DNA of 64,000 bases from Methylotenera sp. (GTDB lineage Bacteria > Pseudomonadota > Gammaproteobacteria > Burkholderiales > Methylophilaceae), in NCBI RefSeq assembly GCF_029945535.1, contig NZ_JAQSCU010000018.1:117340-181339 (forward strand), given 5' to 3'. This document shows, in pieces, positions 40,915 through 51,332 of this stretch (position 1 is the first letter of the stretch; each line of letters opens with the position of its first letter). A program made the translations under genes and the position numbers. A model generated the notes under the pieces. The model had not been told where the DNA came from. It was given only the letters and a program-made list of their open reading frames with translations, and did no database searches.

Positions 40915-42271
40915 AAAGCAATTGCTTATCTGGCTGATAGTACCAATGCTAGTGATTGCTCCTGTGGCAGCAGCATTCCAATATTGGCTATCTCTCAGAC
41001 CTGCGAAACAAGAGTTTGATCACCAACTCGGTGATTATGCCATCGCAGTTTCAAGTTTTTTAAAAGTGGATGGGGAAAGCATTCATTTCAAAATGACGGA
41101 TGAAGCGATACATCTGCTGCGCACAGATCAAATTGATACTGAATTTTTTCTGGTTGCATCTCCTGATGGTAAGGTAATCGCTGGAGATCCTGTACTGAAT
41201 ACCCCTGAAGGTAAAGTTGCTGCGGGCGAGTTACGTTTTATAGATCGTGAAATCAACGGTCATGCACTGCGCATGGTGATTTATGGCGTAGCTTGTGGCC
41301 AAAACTCATGTCAAGTAAGGGTTGCTGAAACCCTGCGCAAAAGAGACAAGGTACAGACTCAAGCACTTATCACGACGCTACTGTCGATTCTCATATTGAG
41401 TTTGACTACAGCGGCAGTGGTTCTGGTAGCTGTAAAACATGGCTTAAAACCTATGCAGGATCTTCGCGCTCAACTTGCTGATCGAAACTTTTCTGACCTG
41501 CAAGCTATAAGCTTACCGCATGCACCATCTGAATTGCAGCCACTCATTACAACACTCAACCATCTGTTCAAGCAACTTAGTGACGCCAGTAATGCACAGA
41601 AAGCCTTTCTGGCTGATGCAGCTCACCAGCTTCGCACTCCGCTAACAGCGCTTCAAACAGAATCAGAGCTAGCATTGTTGGAACCTCATCCAAAATCACT
41701 TAACACCACTCTAGAGCGCCTCAATCGTTCTGCAAGCCGTGCTGCGAAGTTAGCAAACCAATTACTGGCGATTGCTCGTGCAGATCCCAACAGTCAAAAC
41801 TCAAGAGAGTTTACACACATCAACCTCAAGGATATTGGTGCTGAAGCTGCAAATGAGTGGTCCAGTCTAGCATTCTCAGCTGGTATTGATTTAGGATTTC
41901 AATTGCTTACAGCTCCCGTATATGGGCAATCAACTTTACTTCAGGAGCTATTGTCGAACCTTATCCATAACTCAATTGAACATGCGGGTAAAGGTACTCA
42001 AATTACTGTAAAAACCTATGTTTTAGCGCAATCAGCTATTCTTGAAGTAGAAGATGATGGTCCAGGAATAGATTTTGAAGAGCGTCAAAAGGTTCTACAA
42101 CGCTTCTCTCGCGGTAGCCAAGCTAAAGGGTTCGGTAGCGGACTGGGCTTGGCAATTGTCAATGACATAGCACGAATTCATGGAGCAAAGCTCATATTAA
42201 CAACACCTACTACAGGTAAAGGATTACTGGTGCGTATATTATTCCGAGTTGATTCGGCTAGTGCCGGCTGA
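40898..42271 (+). CDS. Sensor histidine kinase (periplasmic sensing domain, HAMP, HisKA, HATPase)
   Basis: 457-aa ORF overlapping the regulator gene by 17 nt. H-box FLADAAHQLRTPLTAL, N-box SNLIHNSIEHA, G-boxes DDGPGI / GSGLGLAIV. Confidence 0.9.
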   Translation: MESSLKKQLLIWLIVPMLVIAPVAAAFQYWLSLRPAKQEFDHQLGDYAIAVSSFLKVDGESIHFKMTDEAIHLLRTDQIDTEFFLVASPDGKVIAGDPVLNTPEGKVAAGELRFIDREINGHALRMVIYGVACGQNSCQVRVAETLRKRDKVQTQALITTLLSILILSLTTAAVVLVAVKHGLKPMQDLRAQLADRNFSDLQAISLPHAPSELQPLITTLNHLFKQLSDASNAQKAFLADAAHQLRTPLTALQTESELALLEPHPKSLNTTLERLNRSASRAAKLANQLLAIARADPNSQNSREFTHINLKDIGAEAANEWSSLAFSAGIDLGFQLLTAPVYGQSTLLQELLSNLIHNSIEHAGKGTQITVKTYVLAQSAILEVEDDGPGIDFEERQKVLQRFSRGSQAKGFGSGLGLAIVNDIARIHGAKLILTTPTTGKGLLVRILFRVDSASAG

Positions 42272-42304
42272 GGTAGTTCTATTTTTTTATACTAGAAAAC
42301 TAAA

Positions 42305-44023
42305 CTATTGCGGAATGTACTGCTCAACAATGAACTTGCTCATTCCATTGGCGAGCTCTTCTTCACCATAAAATACTTTGCCGATATTCTCCGTGGTTAA
42401 TAAATTTGATTCATCTTCGTTGTGCGTTCTGACAACAATTTTAATTTCAGGTCGCAGAGCTTTTGCAGTTTCGGCCATTTTTCTGATATTAATCGTATCA
42501 GGTGTTGCAATAACCAGCATGGATGCATTTGCAATATGCGCTTGAATTAATACGGCAGGTTCAGAAGCATTTCCCGATACTGCTGGTATGCCTTTTTTAC
42601 GAAGATTTTCAACGATCTCTCTATTTTCTTCGGCCACAACATAAGGGATGTTGCTATCGCTTAATGCTTTGGCAATTCTTTTTCCAACGCGTCCATAACC
42701 CACCAGCACAACTTGGCCTTCTAAGTACTTACGCTCTGTACTCATAGGTAGCTCAGAAAATTGATCTACACGTTGCTCATATTGACGCGCAATTTCAGAG
42801 AAACCGAGCACCCACTTTTTAAACGGTTTAATGATTGAGAATACGAGTGGATTGATAGCAATTGAAATTAAAGCACCAGCCAAAATTAAGCTCATGCCTT
42901 CAGCGGGCAGAATGCCTAATGAAACGCCCAAGCCAGCAAGAATAAAAGAGAATTCACCAATTTGCGCCAGACTTGCAGCTACAGTGAGTGCAGTGTTGAG
43001 TGGGTAGCGAAGTGCTAAAGTGATTACCATGGCAGCAATCGATTTACCAAAAACAATTATGGCTACAACGGCCAATACGCTCATTGGTTTCGCCAATAAT
43101 ATTGAAGGCTCAAACAGCATGCCAACTGACACAAAAAACAGCACCGCAAAGGCATCCCTTAGTGGCAATGATTCTTCAGCTGCTCGATGACTGAACTCAG
43201 ATTCGCGCATCACCATGCCTGCAAAAAAAGCACCGAGCGCGAACGACACACTAAACAATATCGCAGCACCATAAGCGATACCAATTGCGGCAGAAACAAC
43301 GGATAAAGTGAAGAGTTCTCTTGAGCCAGTTTTTGCAACATGCCATAAAATCCACGGCAGCAGGCGCTTACCTACGACTAGCATCAAGACAATAAAACCT
43401 GTCACCTGCAAAAGCGTAAAGCTAATGGTCTGCCATAATGGGGTAGACGTAGCTTCAGTCGTTACGCCGCCTAAAATGGCTGCAAGTGGCGGCATTAACA
43501 CCAAAACTAGCACGGTCACAAGGTCTTCAACCACCAACCAGCCTACGGCAATTTTGCCATTCATACTCTCAAGTATGCCTCTGGACTCAAGTGCTTTTAA
43601 TAACACCACAGTACTGGCACACGATAGTGCCAAACCAAAGATTAAGCCTTCGCCAAATGTCCAACCCCACCAATTGGCGAGCAGCATGCCAAGCACCGTT
43701 GAGATTGTCATTTGTATGATAGCGCCGGGTAAGGCGATGCGCTTTACAGACATCAAATCATTAATGGAGAAGTGCAAGCCTACGCCGAACATGAGCAGCA
43801 TGACGCCAATTTCTGATAATTGAGATGCGATGCTGACATCTGCAACAAAACCTGGCGTTGCGGGACCAATCAGAATGCCTGCGAATAAGTACCCAACAAG
43901 TGCGGGTAGCTTGCAGCGCTCAGCGATAAAGCCAAAAATAAGTGCGAGCCCGAAACCTGAAGCGATGGTTGTAATAAGTGTTAAGTCATGATCCATATGT
44001 TTACCTTTTTTATGGCTAAGCAT
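42305..44023 (-). CDS. CPA2-family monovalent cation:proton antiporter with C-terminal TrkA-N (KTN) domain (YbaL/KefB-like)
   Basis: 572-aa ORF with about 12 TM segments, then a Rossmann motif VLVGYGRVGKRIA. Confidence 0.85.
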   Translation of the reverse strand: MLSHKKGKHMDHDLTLITTIASGFGLALIFGFIAERCKLPALVGYLFAGILIGPATPGFVADVSIASQLSEIGVMLLMFGVGLHFSINDLMSVKRIALPGAIIQMTISTVLGMLLANWWGWTFGEGLIFGLALSCASTVVLLKALESRGILESMNGKIAVGWLVVEDLVTVLVLVLMPPLAAILGGVTTEATSTPLWQTISFTLLQVTGFIVLMLVVGKRLLPWILWHVAKTGSRELFTLSVVSAAIGIAYGAAILFSVSFALGAFFAGMVMRESEFSHRAAEESLPLRDAFAVLFFVSVGMLFEPSILLAKPMSVLAVVAIIVFGKSIAAMVITLALRYPLNTALTVAASLAQIGEFSFILAGLGVSLGILPAEGMSLILAGALISIAINPLVFSIIKPFKKWVLGFSEIARQYEQRVDQFSELPMSTERKYLEGQVVLVGYGRVGKRIAKALSDSNIPYVVAEENREIVENLRKKGIPAVSGNASEPAVLIQAHIANASMLVIATPDTINIRKMAETAKALRPEIKIVVRTHNEDESNLLTTENIGKVFYGEEELANGMSKFIVEQYIPQ

Positions 44024-44061
44024 ACCAGTCTTTAGTCACGTTCAGATGACTAATGGCACTT

Positions 44062-44098
44062 TAATGACATCAATTTCTTCTAATAATTGATGTCATTA
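44062..44098. promoter_or_regulatory. Perfect 13-bp inverted repeat upstream of the antiporter gene (candidate operator)
   Basis: TAATGACATCAAT-N11-ATTGATGTCATTA, 39-75 nt upstream of the ATG at 44023. No U-tract follows on either strand. Confidence 0.4.
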
Positions 44099-44237
44099 TT
44101 AAATGTCAAAATCATATTACTTTCGACTAAATATCAAACTTAACAGATTGTTTGCACATCCTCTTTGAGGTGGCTTTAGCATTGTGAGATGCATCTCGCA
44201 ATGCTGATGACGCTAGCGCGTTTTCAGTACGATGAAC

Positions 44238-46850
44238 TTAGCCATTTAAGCTTTTACTTACAATCTCGAACACATCATTTGATAGATTGGGTGTGTCCAT
44301 AATCGCTTGTAGTGCAGCTTTCATATGCGCTTGCAGGGCTGGTGTGTAGCGCTTCCATTCACGGAATGGTGTCACTTGGCGTGATGCAATTTGTGGGTTG
44401 ATTTCATTCAACTCGATAATTACATCTCTCAAAATGGCATAGCCTTGACCGCTTGGATCATGGAATTTTACTGGGTTGTTGATTGAGAATGCGGAGTAAA
44501 GCGAGCGCACGCGATTGGGGTTCTTAATATTAAAGTCTGGATGCTTGAGTAGCTTTGCAAAGTCATCAAATATGGCATCTCTGTTTGCAATCGCTTGCAG
44601 AGAGAACCATTTATCCACCACGAGTGGATAGCCTTTAAATCGACGATAAAAATCTGCTAAAACTTCATCGCGTTCAGCTTGCGTACTGTCAGATAGGCAA
44701 GATACCGCCGCAACAAGATCGGTCATATTATCTGCCGCATCATAATGCGCCTTTGCAAAGGCTGCGCATCCAGTGCCATTGGTGACAGTTAGTAATTCAA
44801 GCACTGTATTTTGTAACGCTCTGCGCCCCATTGCCGCTGGTGATAGTGAAAACTCGCCAGTATTACTGTTGTCTTTATACAAGCGCTGCAAGGCTGCTTT
44901 GTGTGTCTGTTTAATTGTTTTAAGTATGTGCGTGCGGGCATTATCTATGGCGGCAGGGTCAATCACATTCTGCGTTTGTGCAATCACTGCTATCGCTGGC
45001 AGAGTGAGCGCACGCGCTAGCAATGCTTTATCACCTTGGTTGGCAAGACCTTGTTCAATCATCACGCCAAAATCATCTACAAATTGAGCGATATTGGCTC
45101 CTCCATCAGCCATCACACGTTCGATGTTACGCAAAGCGAGCGTTTGCCCTGCTTCCCAGCGGTTGAAACCGTCAGTATCTTTAAGCTGTAATAGACGCAG
45201 ATCATCATCGCTCAAATTTGTGATTAACTTTACTGGTGCAGAAAAGCCGCGCAAGATTGACGGTACTGGCGGCGTATTCACATGATTAAAAGTGAAGCTT
45301 TGTTCACGCTCAGTCACTTCTAATATTTGCGTGTCATGTGTTTGCTCACCCGTTGCATCGAGCAAGCCAACCGCCACTGGTATATGCAGTGGCTTTTTGT
45401 CTAGCTGCCCTGGTGTTGCAGATTGAGACTGCTGAAGCGTGAGTGTGTATGTGCTTAGTGCCGCATCATATTGACTACTCACCTTTAAAGTTGGCGTGCC
45501 AGCTTGCTTGTACCACAAGAAGAATTGCGACATGTCGCGGCCTGATGCGTCTGCCATGCATTGTACAAAATCATCGCAGGTGACGGCGTGCCCATCATAG
45601 CGGTTAAAATATAGGTCAGTAGCTTTGCGGAATGTTTGTTCACCCAGCAAGGTATGCTGCATACGAATGATTTCCGCACCCTTTTCATACACGGTTTTTG
45701 TGTAGAAATTACTAATCTCAATAAATTGATCGGGTTGCACAGCATGCGCTAGCGGGCCTGCGTCTTCTGAAAATTGCAGGCGACGTAATGAGTTAACATC
45801 ATCAATCCGCTGTACAGCTTGAGAGTTCATATCAGCACTAAATTCCTGATCTCTAAAAACGGTAAAGCCTTCTTTGAGCGATAATTGAAACCAGTCCCGG
45901 CAAGTCACGCGGTTGCCAGTCCAGTTATGAAAATACTCATGCCCAATCACGCCTTCAACACTCATAAAGTCATTGTCAGTCGCGGTATCTTGATGAGCGA
46001 GGACTAGCGAAGTGTTAAAAACATTCAATGAGGTGTTTTCCATGGCGCCCATGTTGAAATCACTGACGGCTACAATATTAAACAAATCCAGCTCGTACTC
46101 GCGACCGTATTTCTCTTCATCCCATTTCATGGCTTTAATTAGAGACTGCATGGCATGTCCACATTGTTTCTCGTCACCTGAACGAACATAGATATGCAGG
46201 TCGACATTGCGTCCAGACATTGTTTTGAATGTGTCTGCGACTCGTACAAGGTCACCAGCAACCAATGCAAAAAGGTAGCAAGGTTTGGGAAATGGATCAT
46301 GCCAGACAGTAAAATGGCGTCCATCACCACATTCACCTGACTCTATGAGGTTGCCGTTAGAAAGCAGTACTGGATATTTGCTTTTATCACCCTCAACACG
46401 CACTGTAAAAGTGCTAAGTACATCTGGGCGATCTTGAAAGTAAGTGATGCGGCGAAAGCCTTCAGCTTCACACTGCGTGCAATAAGTGCCTTGAGATTTG
46501 TATAACCCCTCTAGCAATGTGTTGGATGCTGGGTCAATTTCCGAAGTAATCGTCAGTGTGAATTTCTCACCTGCATTATTGATGGTCAAGGTATCGTCAT
46601 CGACGATGTAGCTATCAAACGGCTTGTTATCAATCTCAACAGAGATAAGGTTCTGACCTTCACCATTTAAGATTAAGTCATTTGAAGCACTTTCTGGATT
46701 TTTAAAGTATTGCACCTCAGACTTTACAATTGTTTTATCTTCTAACAATGTAAAGCTGAGGTTTACATGCGCAACTTTATAAGAAGCTGGCAGATAATCT
46801 TTTAAATATATAGTCTTAGGTGTCAGGTCTTTTTCTGTCGGCATCATCAT
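44238..46850 (-). CDS. pepN: Aminopeptidase N
   Basis: 870-aa ORF. GAMEN exopeptidase motif and the HEYFHNWTGNRVT...E zinc-binding motif. Confidence 0.95.
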   Translation of the reverse strand: MMMPTEKDLTPKTIYLKDYLPASYKVAHVNLSFTLLEDKTIVKSEVQYFKNPESASNDLILNGEGQNLISVEIDNKPFDSYIVDDDTLTINNAGEKFTLTITSEIDPASNTLLEGLYKSQGTYCTQCEAEGFRRITYFQDRPDVLSTFTVRVEGDKSKYPVLLSNGNLIESGECGDGRHFTVWHDPFPKPCYLFALVAGDLVRVADTFKTMSGRNVDLHIYVRSGDEKQCGHAMQSLIKAMKWDEEKYGREYELDLFNIVAVSDFNMGAMENTSLNVFNTSLVLAHQDTATDNDFMSVEGVIGHEYFHNWTGNRVTCRDWFQLSLKEGFTVFRDQEFSADMNSQAVQRIDDVNSLRRLQFSEDAGPLAHAVQPDQFIEISNFYTKTVYEKGAEIIRMQHTLLGEQTFRKATDLYFNRYDGHAVTCDDFVQCMADASGRDMSQFFLWYKQAGTPTLKVSSQYDAALSTYTLTLQQSQSATPGQLDKKPLHIPVAVGLLDATGEQTHDTQILEVTEREQSFTFNHVNTPPVPSILRGFSAPVKLITNLSDDDLRLLQLKDTDGFNRWEAGQTLALRNIERVMADGGANIAQFVDDFGVMIEQGLANQGDKALLARALTLPAIAVIAQTQNVIDPAAIDNARTHILKTIKQTHKAALQRLYKDNSNTGEFSLSPAAMGRRALQNTVLELLTVTNGTGCAAFAKAHYDAADNMTDLVAAVSCLSDSTQAERDEVLADFYRRFKGYPLVVDKWFSLQAIANRDAIFDDFAKLLKHPDFNIKNPNRVRSLYSAFSINNPVKFHDPSGQGYAILRDVIIELNEINPQIASRQVTPFREWKRYTPALQAHMKAALQAIMDTPNLSNDVFEIVSKSLNG

Positions 46851-46943
46851 AATCTTTGCTGGTTATGTTTCTTAATCATTATTAAAGGGGCGGATTCAAA
46901 ACCAACCGTCACAGCTTATCGCCTAGACGAAATTAGCGACTAT

Positions 46944-48191
46944 TTATTTAAGCAGTTCATTGATTTCAACATCAACTTTGCTACTATTAGGTTTAACTGC
47001 GGATGACGTGCCTTGTAAGTCACCCGCTTGCGGTTTAGCATCACCAGTTTTAGAGATTCGCGCTACGATGACCACTTCAGCAGCTTGTGAAAGTTTATTC
47101 GCTGGCATTAAGCCTTTACTGTCATCTAAATGATAAGTGTAAGGTAAGTCTTTTACCGTGATGCGTTCAATTGCAAGCGGCATACTTGCGCCTTGTGCGG
47201 CACGTGCATACACAAACACTGTGGCTGCAGGGTCAATATTGGCAGCTAGCGCTGGTGCTAATTTAACTGCTCCGCTGACGCCTTGAGTGGCTTCGGCTGG
47301 TGTTGCTGATTCAGCAGTCGCAGGTGCTTTGACACCAGCTAATCGATATACCTCATCTAGGGATGCTTTTACTTTAGGCGCAATGTCAGAATCGGCTGGC
47401 AATTCTTTTTGCAGGTTCTGCCAATAAACGATGGCTTGTTTGTAATCTTTGCGATTGGTTGCAGCCGCAGCAGCTAGCAACAACGATTTAATATGATGCG
47501 GATCTAACTTTAAAGCCTGATTCACTAATTCTGTTGGTTTACCAGCTAAGTTATAGCCGTTTGATACCGCTAAAGCATCTGCATAATCCGCTAATAATTG
47601 TGCATCATTCGGAATTATTTTTACCGCTTTCTCATAAGCAGGAACGGCATCAGAGGTACGGCCTAGTTCTACATAGGTTCTTGCCAACAGCGCCCAACCT
47701 TTACCGTCGGCCGGGTTTTGCGCTAATTTAGCATTCATTGCTGCAAGCAGAGGCTCTACATCACCAGCCCTTGCGCTCTGCTCTTCTGCACTTTGAGATG
47801 CCTCAATAGCTTGGGCTGCATTTGGCAAACTAATTGCAGCTGGACTACCGATTTTGTAATAAATAAAGATTGAAGCTAATGGTAATACTATTAACAAAAT
47901 CAAAGCCAACATACGGTCTGGCTTGCTGCTGCCCGTTAGCACGTTATTTGTGCCAATTTCATCCAGCATACGTCGCTCAAGTTCAGTTTTAGCAATCTCA
48001 TATTGCGCAGCATCTAGTATGCCATTGGCTTTGTCTTGCTCTATTTCATCAAATTGCTGATGAAAAATTGCACGTTTTTCCGCATTAGCATCTGTAGTAA
48101 CAGTTTTATTAGGCTTTAACAAAGCCGGCAGAATAAGTGCCAGCGTAGCGACTATCATTGCAATTACAACTACCCAAAATAACAACATCAT
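46944..48191 (-). CDS. ccmI: Cytochrome c-type biogenesis protein CcmI (CycH)
   Basis: 415-aa ORF with two N-terminal TM segments, then TPR repeats. Last gene of the ccm operon. Confidence 0.8.
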   Translation of the reverse strand: MMLLFWVVVIAMIVATLALILPALLKPNKTVTTDANAEKRAIFHQQFDEIEQDKANGILDAAQYEIAKTELERRMLDEIGTNNVLTGSSKPDRMLALILLIVLPLASIFIYYKIGSPAAISLPNAAQAIEASQSAEEQSARAGDVEPLLAAMNAKLAQNPADGKGWALLARTYVELGRTSDAVPAYEKAVKIIPNDAQLLADYADALAVSNGYNLAGKPTELVNQALKLDPHHIKSLLLAAAAATNRKDYKQAIVYWQNLQKELPADSDIAPKVKASLDEVYRLAGVKAPATAESATPAEATQGVSGAVKLAPALAANIDPAATVFVYARAAQGASMPLAIERITVKDLPYTYHLDDSKGLMPANKLSQAAEVVIVARISKTGDAKPQAGDLQGTSSAVKPNSSKVDVEINELLK

Positions 48192-48209
48192 GCTTCCTTA
48201 TTTTATGAA

Positions 48210-48671
48210 TTACTTATTGAGTAACTCGCGTACTTTACGGACTTCTTCTTCAGTCAGCGGGACATCACCAGCCATTGTTTGACGTCTGCGCAACTGTAGA
48301 AATAAACTAAAACCGCCAATCAATAGCAAGGCAAATGGCCCTAGCCATAATAAAACGGTGCTCGCTTTAAGCGGCGGGCGATAGCGCACAAAATCGCCAT
48401 AACGCGCGACCAAGTAGTCAATAATCTCTTGGTCGCTCATGCCTTTAGCAGCCATTTCGCGAATCTCTTGCACTAAATCTTGCGCCAGCTCCGCATGCGA
48501 ATCTGCCAACGTCTGGTTTTGACAAACTAGGCAACGTAGCTGGCTAGATAAGCGCTGCACTTGCACCTCAACAGCAGCGTTGTCTTGCAGTGGACGTGCG
48601 TCTTGTGCAACGGCGTTCAATGCGCAGATTAAAAGGCTAGCGGCAAATAAATGTAGTAGTTTATTGAGCAT
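48210..48671 (-). CDS. ccmH: Cytochrome c-type biogenesis protein CcmH (CycL)
   Basis: 153-aa ORF. Signature LRCLVCQNQTLADS (CXXC) and a C-terminal TM segment. Confidence 0.9.
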   Translation of the reverse strand: MLNKLLHLFAASLLICALNAVAQDARPLQDNAAVEVQVQRLSSQLRCLVCQNQTLADSHAELAQDLVQEIREMAAKGMSDQEIIDYLVARYGDFVRYRPPLKASTVLLWLGPFALLLIGGFSLFLQLRRRQTMAGDVPLTEEEVRKVRELLNK

Positions 48672-49198
48672 TATTGAGCCTGCAATTGTTTAACTAATGG
48701 GGCGATTTTATCGCGCAATGCTTCCATAGTGATTGGGCCGATTTGCTTGTAAGCAATCATGCCTTTTTTGTCAATCACATAGGTTTCTGGTACGCCATAA
48801 ACACCATAATCGATGCCCACACGACCATCTGCATCTACTGCGTTAATTGTGTAAGGATTACCAGCCTGATCTAGCCATTGTTGCGCATCTTGATTGTTAT
48901 CTTTGTAATCTAAACCAACAATAGGCACAAAATCTGATTTAGATAGCTCCACTAGAAGTGGGTGCTCATCTTTACAGGCCGCACACCATGATGCCCATGC
49001 GTTAAGTAGCCAGACCTTGCCTAACATTTCTTTAGGAGAGAATGTTTTATCAGCAGCATCTAAACGAGCCAAGTTAAACTGTGGCGCAGGCTTTCCTACT
49101 AATGGCGAAGGCACTTCTCTAGGGTTCAAAAACAAGCCTTTAAAAAGAAAACCAACCACCACTAAAAAAATAATTAACGGTAATAAAGCGCGCTTCAT
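48671..49198 (-). CDS. ccmG: Thiol:disulfide interchange protein CcmG/DsbE
   Basis: 175-aa ORF. WASWCAACKDEHP thioredoxin motif and the GVPETYVID motif. Confidence 0.9.
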   Translation of the reverse strand: MKRALLPLIIFLVVVGFLFKGLFLNPREVPSPLVGKPAPQFNLARLDAADKTFSPKEMLGKVWLLNAWASWCAACKDEHPLLVELSKSDFVPIVGLDYKDNNQDAQQWLDQAGNPYTINAVDADGRVGIDYGVYGVPETYVIDKKGMIAYKQIGPITMEALRDKIAPLVKQLQAQ

Positions 49199-51177
49199 GC
49201 CGTCACCTCGTCCTCAGTCAACTCGCCATTATTTGAGCTTTTATTACGCTTTTTCATACGATAGCGCCTATCAGATAAGGCCAACAAACCGCCTAATGCC
49301 ATCAATGCACAACCCGCCCATATCCATTCCACCATAGGCTTATGATAAATACGTATGCTCCAAGCGCCATCGCTGAGCGGCTCGCCAAGTGATGCATATA
49401 AGTCGTGAATCACCGCTGGACTAATACCAGCTTCAGTCATCGGCATATTAGTAACGGTGTACAGTCTTTTTTCAGTATTGAGTACAGTGCGCTCAACACC
49501 ATTTTTGCTCACGCGAATTTGACCTCTATTTGCGGTGTAATTTGGCCCTTGAATTTCATCTACGCCTATAAAGGTAAAATCAAAACCAGCTAAATGTGCA
49601 ACATCACCAGGTAGCATACGCACAGCGGTTTCTGACTCAAAACCTTTTACTACGGTAACGCCTATAGTAAATACAGCAATGCCTAAATGCGCAATGACCA
49701 TGCCCCACCAAGCGCGCGGAACGGCCTTGATACGTGAAGTTAAAGATTGTCCCACACCGCGTAAACGATGACGCACCATATTGAACGTGGTCGCGATAAT
49801 CCAGAAAGCTAAGAATAAACCTAGGCCTATCATTGGCGTTAAATTGCCTAACCAGAGTGGCAGGATAATGGCTGTGGCAATGCTGACGCCAAAAGCCCAG
49901 CGCAAACGTATGGCTAGTTCAGGTAATGAAGCATTCTTCCAGCTGGCTATTGGACCAACCCCCATCAAGAACAATGCAGGCGTCATGAGTGGCGCAAATA
50001 CTGCATCAAAATAAGGAGGGCCTACAGAGATTTTGCCGTAATTTAGTGCATCCAAGAACAACGGATAAAGCGTGCCGAGTAATACCGATATCGCCGCGAC
50101 GGCTAACAAAACGTTATTAGCGAGCAGAAAACTTTCGCGTGAAACTACACTGAACTTACCGCCACGACCAACCGTTGGTGCGCGCCAAGCAAATAACGCC
50201 AATGAACCGCCAATTACAATCACTAGGAACGCTAAAATAAATACGCCGCGTCTTGGGTCTGTGGCAAAAGCATGTACAGAAGTCAGTACACCTGAACGCA
50301 CTAAGAATGTTCCGAGTAGGCTTAAAGAGAATGCGCAAATCGCGAGTAATACTGTCCAAGCTTTAAAGCTGCCGCGTTTTTCAGTGACCGCTAGCGAGTG
50401 AATAAGCGCAGTACCCACTAGCCATGGCATGAATGATGCGTTTTCTACCGCATCCCAAAACCACCAACCGCCCCAACCTAGCTCGTAATACGCCCAGTTA
50501 CTACCACCTAAAATACCCAAAGTTAAGAACACCCATGCCAAAGTGGTCCAAGGGCGCGACCAGCGCGCCCAAGCGGCATCTAGCTGACCGCCAATCAAAG
50601 CGGCAATGGCAAAAGCAAATGCCACTGAAAAGCCAACATAACCCATATAAAGCATAGGTGGATGAAAGATCATGCCCGGATCTTGCAACAAAGGATTTAA
50701 ATCACGGCCATCTAAAGCTGCTGGAATTAAGCGATCAAATGGGTTTGAAACCATGAGCATGAACAGTAAAAAGCCTACGCTGATTAAGCCCATGACACCC
50801 AAAATGCGCGCACGCATATCATCTGGCAGATGCTTGGAGAATGCACTTACTGCCACAGTCCAAATACTTAATATCAATGCCCAAAGTAACAGTGACCCTT
50901 CATGACCGCCCCACACCGCTGCAATACGAAATTGTATAGGCAATTGTGAGTTTGAATTAGAGGCAACATACATGACCGAATAGTCTTTGGTTGCAAAAGC
51001 ATAAGCCAAGCAAATGAACGAAAATGCAATGAGCAAAAATTGTACGCGTGCGAGCGGTCTAGCTAGCCCCATCCAAGCCACATTGCCACGAGCAGCACCG
51101 ATGATAGGCAAGCTACCTAGCGTGAGCGCCACCAGCAAGGCGAGAATGAGAGAAAAATGGCCAATTTCAGGAATCAC
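49195..51177 (-). CDS. ccmF: Cytochrome c-type biogenesis haem lyase subunit CcmF
   Basis: 660-aa polytopic ORF. WWD-type motif WGGWWFWDAVENAS. Confidence 0.95.
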   Translation of the reverse strand: MIPEIGHFSLILALLVALTLGSLPIIGAARGNVAWMGLARPLARVQFLLIAFSFICLAYAFATKDYSVMYVASNSNSQLPIQFRIAAVWGGHEGSLLLWALILSIWTVAVSAFSKHLPDDMRARILGVMGLISVGFLLFMLMVSNPFDRLIPAALDGRDLNPLLQDPGMIFHPPMLYMGYVGFSVAFAFAIAALIGGQLDAAWARWSRPWTTLAWVFLTLGILGGSNWAYYELGWGGWWFWDAVENASFMPWLVGTALIHSLAVTEKRGSFKAWTVLLAICAFSLSLLGTFLVRSGVLTSVHAFATDPRRGVFILAFLVIVIGGSLALFAWRAPTVGRGGKFSVVSRESFLLANNVLLAVAAISVLLGTLYPLFLDALNYGKISVGPPYFDAVFAPLMTPALFLMGVGPIASWKNASLPELAIRLRWAFGVSIATAIILPLWLGNLTPMIGLGLFLAFWIIATTFNMVRHRLRGVGQSLTSRIKAVPRAWWGMVIAHLGIAVFTIGVTVVKGFESETAVRMLPGDVAHLAGFDFTFIGVDEIQGPNYTANRGQIRVSKNGVERTVLNTEKRLYTVTNMPMTEAGISPAVIHDLYASLGEPLSDGAWSIRIYHKPMVEWIWAGCALMALGGLLALSDRRYRMKKRNKSSNNGELTEDEVTA

Positions 51178-51332
51178 GTTAATATCCTTAGTGAGTTTTA
51201 ACTATAGTGAATTTAATCTAACTATTTATTGAATTGCGGGTGTTTTGATAATTGCATTGAACAGCTTTCTGCAGGTCAGCTTTTAAACCGACAAAGTCAG
51301 ACTAAAGCCCGACCTACATTTAACAAGCTGTA

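Noticed and set aside
44179-44204. A 26-nt near-palindrome (GCATTGTGAGATGCATCTCGCAATGC) downstream of pepN, considered as its terminator.
   Set aside because: There is no loop and no U-tract on the pepN strand, and the stem has one mismatch. It might be a protein-binding palindrome, but support is too weak to call either way.
32794-44230. Calling the tRNA-Arg-adjacent czc/two-component/kef block an integrative mobile element or genomic island.
   Set aside because: No integrase, transposase or conjugation gene is present. By eye I found no direct repeat of the tRNA 3' end at the far boundary. I report it only as accessory-looking, not as a mobile element.
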